Shown here piece by piece: positions 29,275-38,304 of a DNA stretch of 64,000 nucleotides (position 1 is the stretch's first letter; every line of letters starts with the position of its first letter). Both the position numbers and the translations under genes were made by a program. The stretch covers positions 88,201 to 152,200 of the forward strand of contig CAVSAF010000023.1 in NCBI GenBank assembly GCA_963725805.1. Reading direction: 5' to 3'. A model generated the notes under the pieces. It did no database searches, was not told the DNA's origin, and saw only the letters and a list, made by a program, of their open reading frames with translations. Source of the stretch: an uncultured Chloroflexia bacterium (lineage in GTDB: Bacteria > Chloroflexota > Anaerolineae > Anaerolineales > Villigracilaceae).

Positions 29275-30162
29275 ATGCTGTCAGAAATTAAGATCGGAAA
29301 TTCTTTGGTTGGTGAAGGAAATCCTTGTTATGTTATTGCCGAGATCGGCATCAACCACAACGGAAATATTGACCTCGCCAAAAAACTCATCGATGCGGCT
29401 GTGGCAGCCAGGTGCAATGCCGTCAAATTCCAGAAGCGCACAATTAATATTGTCTATTCTGCTGAGGAATTGGCGCGCCCGCGTGAAAGCCCCTTCGGTA
29501 CTACGAACGGGGATTTAAAGTACGGCCTGGAATTCGATCAGGAAGATTACGCCGAGATCGATCGTTATTGCCGGCAGAACAATATTGCCTGGCTGGCCTC
29601 CTGCTGGGATGAACGATCGGTTGATTTTATCGAGCAATTTAATGTGCCCTGCTACAAGGTCGCCTCGGCCTCCCTCACCGATGACGGCCTGCTGCGTCAC
29701 ACCCGCAGTAAAGGCCGCCCGATCCTGGTGTCCACTGGCATGAGTACGCTGGGGCAGATCGACCATGCTGTGGATGTGCTGGGAAAAGAACAGCTGGTGA
29801 TCATGCACACCACCAGCACTTACCCTGCCTACTATGAAGAATTGAATTTGCGCGTAATCCCCATGTTGAAACAGCGCTACGGCTTGCCAATCGGATATTC
29901 CGGACACGAAACCGGGCTTTCCACAACCATTGCTTCTGTAGCCATGGGCGCTTGCGTGGTGGAGCGCCATATCACTCTTGACCGCGCCATGTGGGGCTCC
30001 GACCAGGCTGCCTCCGTCGAGCCACAGGGTTTCACTCACCTGGTCCGTGATATCCGCCTGGTCGAGACGGCCATGGGCGACGGCGTCAAACGTGTGGTTG
30101 AACGCGAAGTGCCGATCATGCAGAAACTGCGCCGGGTCGATTCAAAGGGTAACGGCGCATAA
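29275..30162 (+). CDS. NeuB-family (PEP-condensing ulosonic acid synthase) protein lacking the SAF domain, copy a
   Basis: CYVIAEIGINHNGNIDLAKKLIDAAVAARCNAVKFQKR...YKVASASLTD...ILVSTGMST...YPAYYEELNL...GYSGHETG...VERHITLDR. It ends at 295 aa with no antifreeze-like SAF domain. Confidence 0.75.
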   Translation: MLSEIKIGNSLVGEGNPCYVIAEIGINHNGNIDLAKKLIDAAVAARCNAVKFQKRTINIVYSAEELARPRESPFGTTNGDLKYGLEFDQEDYAEIDRYCRQNNIAWLASCWDERSVDFIEQFNVPCYKVASASLTDDGLLRHTRSKGRPILVSTGMSTLGQIDHAVDVLGKEQLVIMHTTSTYPAYYEELNLRVIPMLKQRYGLPIGYSGHETGLSTTIASVAMGACVVERHITLDRAMWGSDQAASVEPQGFTHLVRDIRLVETAMGDGVKRVVEREVPIMQKLRRVDSKGNGA

Positions 30163-30292
30163 CCGGTTCAATTCGAGATGTCTCCAACGGGAAAGCGTTC
30201 CTTTCCGGCCTTGAATGCTTTCTGCCTTGGCAGCGGGGCATTCAAGACGAAACCCGCCCGCTAATTCATCTGCTGGATATATGCGGAGAAGA

Positions 30293-31138
30293 ATGACCCA
30301 TATTGGTATCATGCAAGGCCGCCTTGTTCCCCCAACGGATAACCGTATCCAGTGTTTTCCGCGTGAGCGCTGGGCGGATGAGTTTGCGCTTGCCAGCCAG
30401 GCTGGACTGGACTGCATCGAATGGATCTATGACCTGTATGGGGCCGACATCAACCCGCTTGCAACAGATACCGGCATTAAGAAAATCAAGGATCTTTCCC
30501 AGCAACATCAGGTCAAAATCCTTTCCATTTGTGCAGATTATTTTATGGACAGGCCACTTGTACGAGCCAGCCAGGCGGAACTGGATGACCGTCTCAATAC
30601 GTTCTACTGGTTATTGGAGCGCGGCCGCTTGATTGGCATCAACCGGATGGTGATACCCTTCGTGGATGCATCCCGCATCGACACCCAGGCTGAATTTGAC
30701 GGGGTGGTGCTTCTCCTGAAACGCATTCTCCGGAAGGTCGGGAAGACTGGAATTGAAATTCATCTGGAGACATCCCTGAATCCGCTTCGTTTTGCCGGGC
30801 TTCTGGTGCAAATACCTCATCCGTTGCTCAAGGCCAACTACGATTCCGGGAACAGTTCTTCCCTGGGGTATGACCCGCGCGAGGAATTTACTGCCTATGG
30901 GGACCGGGTGGGCAGCGTCCACATTAAGGACCGCCTCAAGGGTGCAAGCACGGTGCCGCTCGGGAAGGGCGACGCGGATTTCCCGGCCCTGGCAGAAAGC
31001 CTGAGGAAGGTTGCCTATGCTGGGGATTTCATTTTGCAGGTGGCACGCGGAACCAGCGGAGACGAAGTGGCTTGGGCCAGGCAGAACCGTAATTTTGTTT
31101 TGAAGCATTTTGTTCATAATGATGGTGTACAACTCTGA
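30293..31138 (+). CDS. Xylose-isomerase-like TIM-barrel sugar(-phosphate) isomerase/epimerase
   Basis: IGIMQGRLVPP...CFPRERWADEFALASQAGLDCIEW...VHIKDR...PLGKGDADF is AP_endonuc_2-like. The ATG at 30293 follows GGAG; alternative ATG at 30281 (ORF track 30215). Confidence 0.6.
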   Translation: MTHIGIMQGRLVPPTDNRIQCFPRERWADEFALASQAGLDCIEWIYDLYGADINPLATDTGIKKIKDLSQQHQVKILSICADYFMDRPLVRASQAELDDRLNTFYWLLERGRLIGINRMVIPFVDASRIDTQAEFDGVVLLLKRILRKVGKTGIEIHLETSLNPLRFAGLLVQIPHPLLKANYDSGNSSSLGYDPREEFTAYGDRVGSVHIKDRLKGASTVPLGKGDADFPALAESLRKVAYAGDFILQVARGTSGDEVAWARQNRNFVLKHFVHNDGVQL

Positions 31139-31150
31139 GGATAAAGAAAG

Positions 31151-32191
31151 ATGAAAATATTGATCATGGGTCTCGGCGGTATTGGACAGCGTCACCTGCG
31201 TAACCTGCGCAGGTTGCAGGGTGATGATCTGGAAATCATCGCATATGATCCCCGCCCCAATCCACCGGTTCTCACTGACCAGCTTAAAATTGAAGAGGGG
31301 CTGAGCCTGGAGAAAAAGTTCGGCCTGGCAATCTTCCCGGATGCCGAACAAGCTTTGGCCCAAAAACCACAGGCCGTCTTTGTGTGCAACCCCACCAGCC
31401 TGCATATCCCGGCGTCTATCCGGGCGGCTCAGCAAGGCTGCGCCTTGTTCATCGAGAAACCGCTCTCGCACAACCTGGAAAATGTGGACGAATTGATCAG
31501 CCTGGTGGAAAGCCGAGGCCTGACAGCCGCGGTTGGCTACCAGATGCGTTTCCACCCCTGCCTGCAGCGCCTGCATGCCCTGGTTCAGGAGAAAAAAGTC
31601 GGCCGGATTCTATCTGTTCGGGCGGTGGTTGGAGAGTACCTGCCTGGCTGGCACACCTACGAGGATTACCGTCAGAGTTATGCTTCGAGAACGGACCTGG
31701 GAGGAGGTGTGATCCTTACGCAAATCCACGAGCTGGATTATCTTTACTGGCTGTTTGGCCTGCCCCGGCGCATATTTGCGCTGGGCGGGCATCTGAGCAG
31801 CCTGGAAGTTGATGTGGAAGACACCGCCGATATTCTGATGGAGTGCATGCTGGATGGTCATCCGATTCCTGTCAGCCTGCATCAAGATTACATACAAAAT
31901 CCGCCCAGTCGTTCCTGTGAGATCGTCGGGGATGCCGGGAAGATCCTGGTTGATCTTCGTGCGTTGACGGTGGATGTTTTCGATGGCCGGGGTAATCGGA
32001 TCGAGACCACTTCTTACGAAGGATTCCAGCGCAACCAGTTATTCCTGGACGAATTGAAGTATTTTCTGGATGGCATGCAGGGAAAACCGACTCCGCTGGT
32101 CAATCTGCGAGACGGGGCGCAAAGCTTGCGCATGGCCCTCGCTGCGAAGGAATCCCTGGTCACCGAGAAGGTTGTTGAAATTGAAAGGTAA
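31151..32191 (+). CDS. Gfo/Idh/MocA-family NAD(P)-dependent oxidoreductase
   Basis: MKILIMGLGGIGQRHLRNL Rossmann N-terminus, ...VFVCNPTSLH...FIEKPL... Confidence 0.75.
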   Translation: MKILIMGLGGIGQRHLRNLRRLQGDDLEIIAYDPRPNPPVLTDQLKIEEGLSLEKKFGLAIFPDAEQALAQKPQAVFVCNPTSLHIPASIRAAQQGCALFIEKPLSHNLENVDELISLVESRGLTAAVGYQMRFHPCLQRLHALVQEKKVGRILSVRAVVGEYLPGWHTYEDYRQSYASRTDLGGGVILTQIHELDYLYWLFGLPRRIFALGGHLSSLEVDVEDTADILMECMLDGHPIPVSLHQDYIQNPPSRSCEIVGDAGKILVDLRALTVDVFDGRGNRIETTSYEGFQRNQLFLDELKYFLDGMQGKPTPLVNLRDGAQSLRMALAAKESLVTEKVVEIER

Positions 32192-32196
32192 GATAA

Positions 32197-33027
32197 ATGG
32201 AGAATACTAAGGACTTATTCAGTTTGGCCGGCCGGGTGGCGGTCATCACCGGCGGGACCGGGTTGCTGGGCCGGCAGCATGCAGAAGCCATCGCCCGGGC
32301 AGGTGGTATTCCTGTCCTGGCGGATATCCACATCAATGGGGTGGACCAGCACAGCCAGGATTGGAAAGAGCGCTTTGGCGGGCAAGCCTGTGCCATGCAG
32401 ACGGATATCACCGATTTGACGAGTGTCAAAAATCTGCTTGCCGCAGTACTGGATCGGTTCGGCCGGGTTGACATCCTGATAAACAATGCTGCCAACAATC
32501 CCAAGATGGAAAACAGGACGGATGTGGAATTCTCCCGCCTGGAATTCTTCCCGCTTGAACAGTGGGAGGCTGACCTGAATGTTGGCCTCAAGGGGGCCTT
32601 CCTATGCTCACAGGTAATTGGCAGTGAAATGGCCCGCCGCAAGCAGGGCGTGATCGTCAATGTGGCCTCCGACCTGGCGGTCATCGCCCCTGACCAGCGC
32701 CTTTATCGCAAACCAGGCCTGCCCGAGGACCGGCAGCCGGTCAAGCCAGTCACCTATTCGGTGGTGAAGACCGGTCTGATCGGCCTGACGCGTTATCTGG
32801 CCACCTATTGGGCTGATAGCGGCATCCGTGTCAATGCGATCTCCCCTGGCGGTGTGTACAATGAACAGCCGGGTGATTTTGTCGAGCGGCTTGCCAGGCT
32901 GATCCCCCTGGGCCGTATGGCCACTGCCAATGAATATCAGGCCGCCATCCTGTTCCTGTGTTCGGACGCCTCTTCCTACATGACAGGCGCCAATCTGGTG
33001 ATCGATGGCGGACGAAGCTGCTGGTAG
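32197..33027 (+). CDS. Short-chain dehydrogenase/reductase (SDR)
   Basis: VAVITGGTGLLGRQ, NNAANNP, YSVVKTG (YxxxK), ISPGGV. Confidence 0.8.
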   Translation: MENTKDLFSLAGRVAVITGGTGLLGRQHAEAIARAGGIPVLADIHINGVDQHSQDWKERFGGQACAMQTDITDLTSVKNLLAAVLDRFGRVDILINNAANNPKMENRTDVEFSRLEFFPLEQWEADLNVGLKGAFLCSQVIGSEMARRKQGVIVNVASDLAVIAPDQRLYRKPGLPEDRQPVKPVTYSVVKTGLIGLTRYLATYWADSGIRVNAISPGGVYNEQPGDFVERLARLIPLGRMATANEYQAAILFLCSDASSYMTGANLVIDGGRSCW

Positions 33028-33051
33028 GTTCTGATTTGGAGAAAGTGGATT

Positions 33052-33631
33052 GTGATTAGTCCTATGAAACTTGAAGAGGAATTGAAGATCCATACACGGA
33101 TCATGGAACAGACCGTTAAAGAGAGCTCACAGGTCATTCACGCGATTGCCGGATGCCTGGTGGAATGCTTTCGCAAAGGCAACAAAGTGATGGTCTGTGG
33201 CAACGGCGGCAGTGCGGCCGATTCTACAGCATATGGTGGCCGAATTTGTCAACCGCTTTCGCATGGACCGGGCTGCCTTGCCCGCCATTGCGCTGACGGT
33301 GGACACATCCACCCTGACAGCCATTGGGAACGATGCATCCTTCGAATTCACCTTCTCGCGCCAGGTGGAAGCCCTGGCCAGAGCCGGCGATGTTTTGATC
33401 GCGTTCAGCACGAGCGGTGGTTCGCCCAACGTTCTGAAGGCACTGGACGTGGCGCAGGCGCGTGAAGTCAAGATAATTGGCTTTACAGGCGAAAAAGGAA
33501 ATCCCACGATGACTATGAAATGTGATTTCTGCCTGGTCGTCCCCTCCGCAGATACGCCCCGGGTCCAGGAAGTTCACGAATTTGTCTGGCATGTCATCTG
33601 CGGTATGGTGGAACAGGCATTGTTCGAATAG
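33052..33631 (+). pseudogene. GmhA-like SIS-domain sugar-phosphate isomerase, interrupted by a +1 frame disruption near 33226
   Basis: Frame 1 reads ...KVMVCGNGGSAADS then nonsense (TAYGGRICQ...). Frame 2 continues QHMVAEFVNRFRMDRAALPAIALTVDTSTLTAIGNDASFEFTFSRQVEALARAGDVLIAFSTSGGSPNVLKAL...RVQEVHEF, collinear with E. coli GmhA ([21 protein letters not shown]...). Removing one base at GAT TCT [A] CAG CAT restores the frame. Confidence 0.75.
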
Positions 33632-33690
33632 GATTGATTCCGGCAAGATTGTGGCGGCAGGAAAGCCATTCCACATGCCGGAGGATCCAT

Positions 33691-35430
33691 ATGCGATCAT
33701 TCACTAGGAAGCTTCTGGGATTTGTGCGGCAACCGTCCTTGCTGGCGTTTGTCTATTTTGTTATTCTGAGCATCATCATGACCTATCCTCTGGTGGCCAG
33801 GATGGGCAGAGCTGCGGCAGGGGCAGGCGGGGATGGCAGTTATTTCATCTGGCTGGTGGGTTGGTACCAGAAGGCGCTCTTCCAGTTGAAGATCAGTCCG
33901 TTCTTTGCTCCTTATCTGAATTATCCGCAGGGTTGGAACCTGGCGACCACGGATATCACGCCGGCGATGGTGGGATTGGCATTGCCGGGGAGCCTGCTGT
34001 TTGGGCCGACCTGGGGGTACAACTTTGCGATGCTGCTCAGCTTTATTCTCTCAGGCTGGGGGATGTACCTGTGGGTGAGACACCTGACGGATGACAATTG
34101 GGCCGGACTGGTTGCCGGGACGGTCTTTGCCTTCCTGCCGTACCGCATGGCCCATTTTATTGTCGGGCACTTGAGTCTGGCGGGTACGCAGTGGTTCCCG
34201 TTCTATTTCTGGGGATTGTTCGACCTGCTGAAGCAGGAGAAGTTTTCGTGGAAGCCGGTTCTGATGGCGGGGATTGCGGCAGGGTTAATCGGTTTGACCA
34301 GCCCGTATTATGTTTACATGACCATACTGATTACGGTGGTCTTCCTGCTGGGTTTCGTGATCTTCAAGGGGTACAAGCGTTTGAGGCATGCGGTGTTCTG
34401 GGAGAGCCTGGTGGCATTTGGTCTGCTGGCGATGGTTCTGGTGGGGCTTTCGATGCTGCCCTATCTCCGCCTGAATGCCCAGGGAGGCCTGCAAGAGCGC
34501 TCTGTGGAATACATGAACCGTTACTCGGCCAGCCCGACGGACTTTGTGATCCCGTCGATCAAGCAGTTCTTGTGGGGGGGATGGATCGACAGAACCTTCA
34601 ACCCGGAAATATTCCAGGAAGCGACCCTGTATATCGGTGTGGTGGCTTTGGTGTTGGTGGTGATTGCCTGGATCAAACGGCGCCGGTTGCGGCACCCGGA
34701 ACTGTTGGGGATTGCCAGCCTGGTGGCGGTGGTTGCGTTCGTGCTGGCCCTGGGAATGCAGTTGCACTGGCTGGGGACCACCACTCTGCCGAAGGTTTTA
34801 CAATCCCTATTTCACCGAACAAATCTTCCTTATTTTTACCTGCCAGCCTACTACCTGAGCCGCTACTTGCCCTACTTTTCCAAGATGCGGGTAATGATGC
34901 GCTTTGGGTTGTTCACGCTGATCTTCACCAGCCTGATGGCCGGACTGGGGGCCTATGTGTTGACGAAAACGGCCTCTTCCAAAGCCAGGCGCTGGGTCGG
35001 GGTTGGCCTGCTGGTGCTCGTTTTTATCGACTTCTATCCGGGTGTGTTGAGTGATTTCAAAACGGTGCAGGCTCGCCCGGTGGATACCTGGCTGGCGGCC
35101 CAGCCCAACACAGGCGCAGTGGCACAGTTCCCCTTCGATGAGGAATCAAACCAGGGCCAGGTGTATGACACGCTGGTCCATCAAAAGCCCTTCCTGGGTG
35201 GCAATTTCAGTGCCAACTCGCCGGAACAGTACACCCGCATCCAGCCGGTCATGGACACATTCCCATCTCAGGAAAGCGTTGATTTGCTCAGGCAGTTGGG
35301 TGTGAGCTATGTGGTGGTGGATTCTTCCCGCTACCCGGATTTCACCAGTGTTGATGGAAAGATCCGGTCTTTGGGTCTGCCGCTCTTGCATGTCAGTCAA
35401 GCCGAGTATGTTTACGGATTAAGCAAATGA
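33691..35430 (+). CDS. Polytopic membrane protein, GT-C / YfhO-like candidate
   Basis: ATG 33691 is preceded by GGAGGA. N-terminus ...IIMTYPLVARMG...GDGSYFIWLVGWYQKALF... is followed by about 12 helices and a C-terminal soluble domain. Confidence 0.45.
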   Translation: MRSFTRKLLGFVRQPSLLAFVYFVILSIIMTYPLVARMGRAAAGAGGDGSYFIWLVGWYQKALFQLKISPFFAPYLNYPQGWNLATTDITPAMVGLALPGSLLFGPTWGYNFAMLLSFILSGWGMYLWVRHLTDDNWAGLVAGTVFAFLPYRMAHFIVGHLSLAGTQWFPFYFWGLFDLLKQEKFSWKPVLMAGIAAGLIGLTSPYYVYMTILITVVFLLGFVIFKGYKRLRHAVFWESLVAFGLLAMVLVGLSMLPYLRLNAQGGLQERSVEYMNRYSASPTDFVIPSIKQFLWGGWIDRTFNPEIFQEATLYIGVVALVLVVIAWIKRRRLRHPELLGIASLVAVVAFVLALGMQLHWLGTTTLPKVLQSLFHRTNLPYFYLPAYYLSRYLPYFSKMRVMMRFGLFTLIFTSLMAGLGAYVLTKTASSKARRWVGVGLLVLVFIDFYPGVLSDFKTVQARPVDTWLAAQPNTGAVAQFPFDEESNQGQVYDTLVHQKPFLGGNFSANSPEQYTRIQPVMDTFPSQESVDLLRQLGVSYVVVDSSRYPDFTSVDGKIRSLGLPLLHVSQAEYVYGLSK

Positions 35431-35514
35431 TTCACCTTTTTCAGGCAAGGAAACGGAATTGGCGCCAGGATACAATCGCATGTTTTCTGTTCTGTCTATA
35501 CTCAGGAGGTTTTT

Positions 35515-36393
35515 GTGGCTGAGATCAAGATTGGAGATCGCCTTGTTGGAGATGGTCACCCTACTTATATCATCGCCGAGATCGGCAACAATCACAACGG
35601 CGATTTGGATGTCTGCAAACAAATGATTGACGCGGCCGTCCACGCCGGAGTGGACGCGGTCAAATTCCAGAAGCGTACACCGGAAGTCTCCACCCCGCTT
35701 GGTCAACAGAACCAGATGCGCGAGACCCCCTGGGGATATATCACCTACCTGGAATACCGTTACAAGGTTGAATTTGGCCAGGAACAATATCGTGAGATTG
35801 ACCGGTATTGTAAACAAAAGGGGATCACTTGGTTCACATCTGTTTGGGACGAACAAGCCGTGGATTTTATGGAGCAGTTCAACACCCCGATATACAAGAT
35901 CCCATCGGCTTCCCTGACTGACCATGACCTGCTCCGTCATGTTCGAAAAACAGGCCGCCCTCTGGTGATTTCCACCGGCATGTCCACCATGGAACAGATC
36001 CGGGCGTCAGTCAAGGTTGTCGGGACCGGGGACTTGGTCATCATGCACTGTACCAGTACTTATCCTTGCGAGCCTGAAGAACTCAACCTGCGCATGATCC
36101 GGACCCTGCAAAACGAATTTCCCTGCCCGGTCGGTTATTCCGGCCATGAGGTCGGTCTTGTTCCGCCACAGGTTGCAGTGGCTTTGGGCGCCTGCATCAT
36201 TGAAAGGCACCTGACCCTTGATCGGGCCATGTGGGGTTCCGATCAGGCCGCTTCGGTGGAACCAAGCGGCTTCGAGCGCCTGGTCAAATATGTGCGTACT
36301 GCAGAAGCCTCGCTGGGCGACGGCGTCAAGCGTGTCTACGAAAGCGAGAAGAGCACATTGAAGAAGCTGCGTAGAGTTGTAACGGAAGATTAG
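35515..36393 (+). CDS. NeuB-family synthase lacking the SAF domain, copy b
   Basis: GTG start after AGGAGG. TYIIAEIGNNHNGDLDVCKQMIDAAVHAGVDAVKFQKR...GYSGHEVG...IERHLTLDRAMWGSDQAASVEP. I estimate about 55% identity to copy a by eye. 292 aa. Confidence 0.75.
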   Translation: MAEIKIGDRLVGDGHPTYIIAEIGNNHNGDLDVCKQMIDAAVHAGVDAVKFQKRTPEVSTPLGQQNQMRETPWGYITYLEYRYKVEFGQEQYREIDRYCKQKGITWFTSVWDEQAVDFMEQFNTPIYKIPSASLTDHDLLRHVRKTGRPLVISTGMSTMEQIRASVKVVGTGDLVIMHCTSTYPCEPEELNLRMIRTLQNEFPCPVGYSGHEVGLVPPQVAVALGACIIERHLTLDRAMWGSDQAASVEPSGFERLVKYVRTAEASLGDGVKRVYESEKSTLKKLRRVVTED

Positions 36394-36414
36394 CACAGAA
36401 AATTAAGAGGTTCT

Positions 36415-38304
36415 ATGCCTGAGATCAAAATCGGTAATCGTTTAATAGGAGACGGCCATCCCACCTATATCATTGCAGAGATTGGCGTTAACCATAATGG
36501 TATTCCCCAACTGGCATTTGAGTTGATCGATATTGCCGTGGATGCGGGTGCGGATGCTGTAAAATTCCAGAAACGCAATTTAAAGACCCTTTATCCTCAA
36601 AAATACCTGGATAATGTCAATGCGGGCGAGAAGAGTCTGCGTTATCTGCTCCCTATCCTGCAGCAGGTGGAGTTGCCGGAAAGTACATATCACGAGATCG
36701 CCGCGTACTGCAAGAAAAAGGGCATAACTTTCTTGTGCTCGCCCTTTGATAAAGAAAGCGCCGACTTTTTGGAAACCCTCGGCGTACCGGCTTTCAAGGT
36801 GGCTTCTGCGGACTTGACGAACCTGCCCCTGCTTGACCACCTGGTCAAGAAAAAGAAACCCCTTATCCTGTCAACCGGCATGTCCCGTCCCGACGAGGTT
36901 GATTTTACGGTTGGATATCTGAAAGAGCGCCAGGCGCAGTTTGCTCTGTTGCACTGCAACAGCACCTATCCGGCTGCTTTTGAAGATATTAATCTGCGCT
37001 ACATGGATCAATTGCGTAAATACGCTGTGCCGGTGGGATATTCTGGTCACGAACGCGGCATTGCGGTTTCCACTGTTGCGGCCGCGCTGGGCGCCAATAT
37101 CATCGAACGGCATATCACCCTTGACCGCGCCATGGACGGTCCTGACCATGCTGCCAGCCTGGAGCCACAGGGATTCAAGAAAATGGTCAGGGATATCCAC
37201 CTTGTTTCTTTGGCGCTGGGAACCGGAGAAGAGAAATTTTTCTCGCGCGGCGAGATCCTTAATCGGGAGACCCTGGCAAAGAGTCTCGTTGCGACCCGGA
37301 ATATCGAACCAGGCGAGGTTATTACGGTTGAGATGGTATCTGTAAAAGGTCCAGGCCTGGGTCTTTCCCCGCAGCGCTACCCGGAATTACTTGGCAAGCG
37401 CGCAGCCCGGGCCATTGAAGCCGACGAGCCCTTCCTGGAGAGCGATCTCGGAATTCAACATGAATTGGACATGGAGCATATATTGCCCATGCAGTGGGGT
37501 TTTACCGTGCGCTTCCGCGATTACGAAGACTTGATGGTTTATAACCCCCGCTTCCTGGAATTTCATTTTACCGATGCCGACCTGAATGATGAATATCCAG
37601 GCGTTGATTACGATATGCCGCTGGTTGTGCACGCCCCGGAGTTTTGGGAGCGCACGCTGGTGGACCTGTGCGCCCGGGATAAAAAACGGCGCGTCGATTC
37701 CGTCGCCCTGATCCAGAAATCCATCGACCGGACGCGTGCCATGGCGAAGCACTTTAAAGGCATACCCAAGGTGGTCGTCCATTCCGGGGGCATGACCATA
37801 GACCAGCCCATTCAGGATAATCGGCCCCTGTACGAGAACCTCGGTCGCTCGGTTGAGCAGATTGATTCTGAAGGCGTGGAGATCTTACTTGAGAACCTGC
37901 CGCCTCATCCCTGGTACTTTGGCGGCCAGTGGGTCACGAACGCTTTCATGGATGCCAATGAAATCCGTGAATTCATTGTCCCGCGCAAGCTGAACATCTG
38001 TTTCGATACCAGCCATTCGAAACTTTATTGCAATTGGGCTCACCTGGATTTTTACGAGCAAGTGAAGATCCTCCTGCCCTTTACCCACCATTTGCACATC
38101 TCTGACGGCTCCGGTTTGGATGGGGAAGGTTTGCAAATTGGCGAAGGTAATATTGACTGGGTGCATTTCTTCCGAGTCACAAAGGATTACCACGGCACCA
38201 TGGTTCCCGAAATCTGGCGGGGTCACCAGCATGCCGGGCAGGGCTTCATCCAGGCCATCCAGCGTCTCTCGGAGGCGTTTTTCAAGGCCCAGGAAGAAAA
38301 ATGA
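36415..38304 (+). CDS. Three-domain fusion: NeuB-like synthase + SAF domain + xylose-isomerase-like TIM barrel
   Basis: aa 1-285: TYIIAEIGVNHNGIPQLAFELIDIAVDAGADAVKFQKR...GYSGHERG...IERHITLDRAMDGPDHAASLEP. SAF-like segment: LVATRNIEPGEVITVEMVSVKGPGLGLSP. From aa ~355: ...LVVHAP...VVVHSGG...ILLENLP...HHLHISDGSGLDGEGLQIGEGNIDW, an AP_endonuc_2-type TIM barrel. Confidence 0.7.
   Translation: MPEIKIGNRLIGDGHPTYIIAEIGVNHNGIPQLAFELIDIAVDAGADAVKFQKRNLKTLYPQKYLDNVNAGEKSLRYLLPILQQVELPESTYHEIAAYCKKKGITFLCSPFDKESADFLETLGVPAFKVASADLTNLPLLDHLVKKKKPLILSTGMSRPDEVDFTVGYLKERQAQFALLHCNSTYPAAFEDINLRYMDQLRKYAVPVGYSGHERGIAVSTVAAALGANIIERHITLDRAMDGPDHAASLEPQGFKKMVRDIHLVSLALGTGEEKFFSRGEILNRETLAKSLVATRNIEPGEVITVEMVSVKGPGLGLSPQRYPELLGKRAARAIEADEPFLESDLGIQHELDMEHILPMQWGFTVRFRDYEDLMVYNPRFLEFHFTDADLNDEYPGVDYDMPLVVHAPEFWERTLVDLCARDKKRRVDSVALIQKSIDRTRAMAKHFKGIPKVVVHSGGMTIDQPIQDNRPLYENLGRSVEQIDSEGVEILLENLPPHPWYFGGQWVTNAFMDANEIREFIVPRKLNICFDTSHSKLYCNWAHLDFYEQVKILLPFTHHLHISDGSGLDGEGLQIGEGNIDWVHFFRVTKDYHGTMVPEIWRGHQHAGQGFIQAIQRLSEAFFKAQEEK

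Noticed and set aside
30611-31576. 321-aa minus-strand ORF spanning the TIM-barrel and Gfo/Idh/MocA genes
   Set aside because: It is antisense to two well-supported plus-strand genes and crosses their intergenic gap. The composition is low-complexity and I recognised no family.
33220-33230. Programmed +1 ribosomal frameshifting at the three disrupted genes
   Set aside because: There is no shared slippery motif, no rare or stop codon in the zero frame at the junctions and no obvious downstream structure. Pseudogenisation or an assembly indel is more parsimonious. I kept this as a finding only for verification.
34098-35054. 318-aa same-strand alternative-frame ORF inside the membrane-protein gene 33691..35430 (similarly 3571..4206, 15583..16086 and 21357..21851)
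   Set aside because: These are off-frame readings, G/R/P/A-rich and lacking the helix periodicity of the main frame. The main frames give coherent TM proteins or known families.
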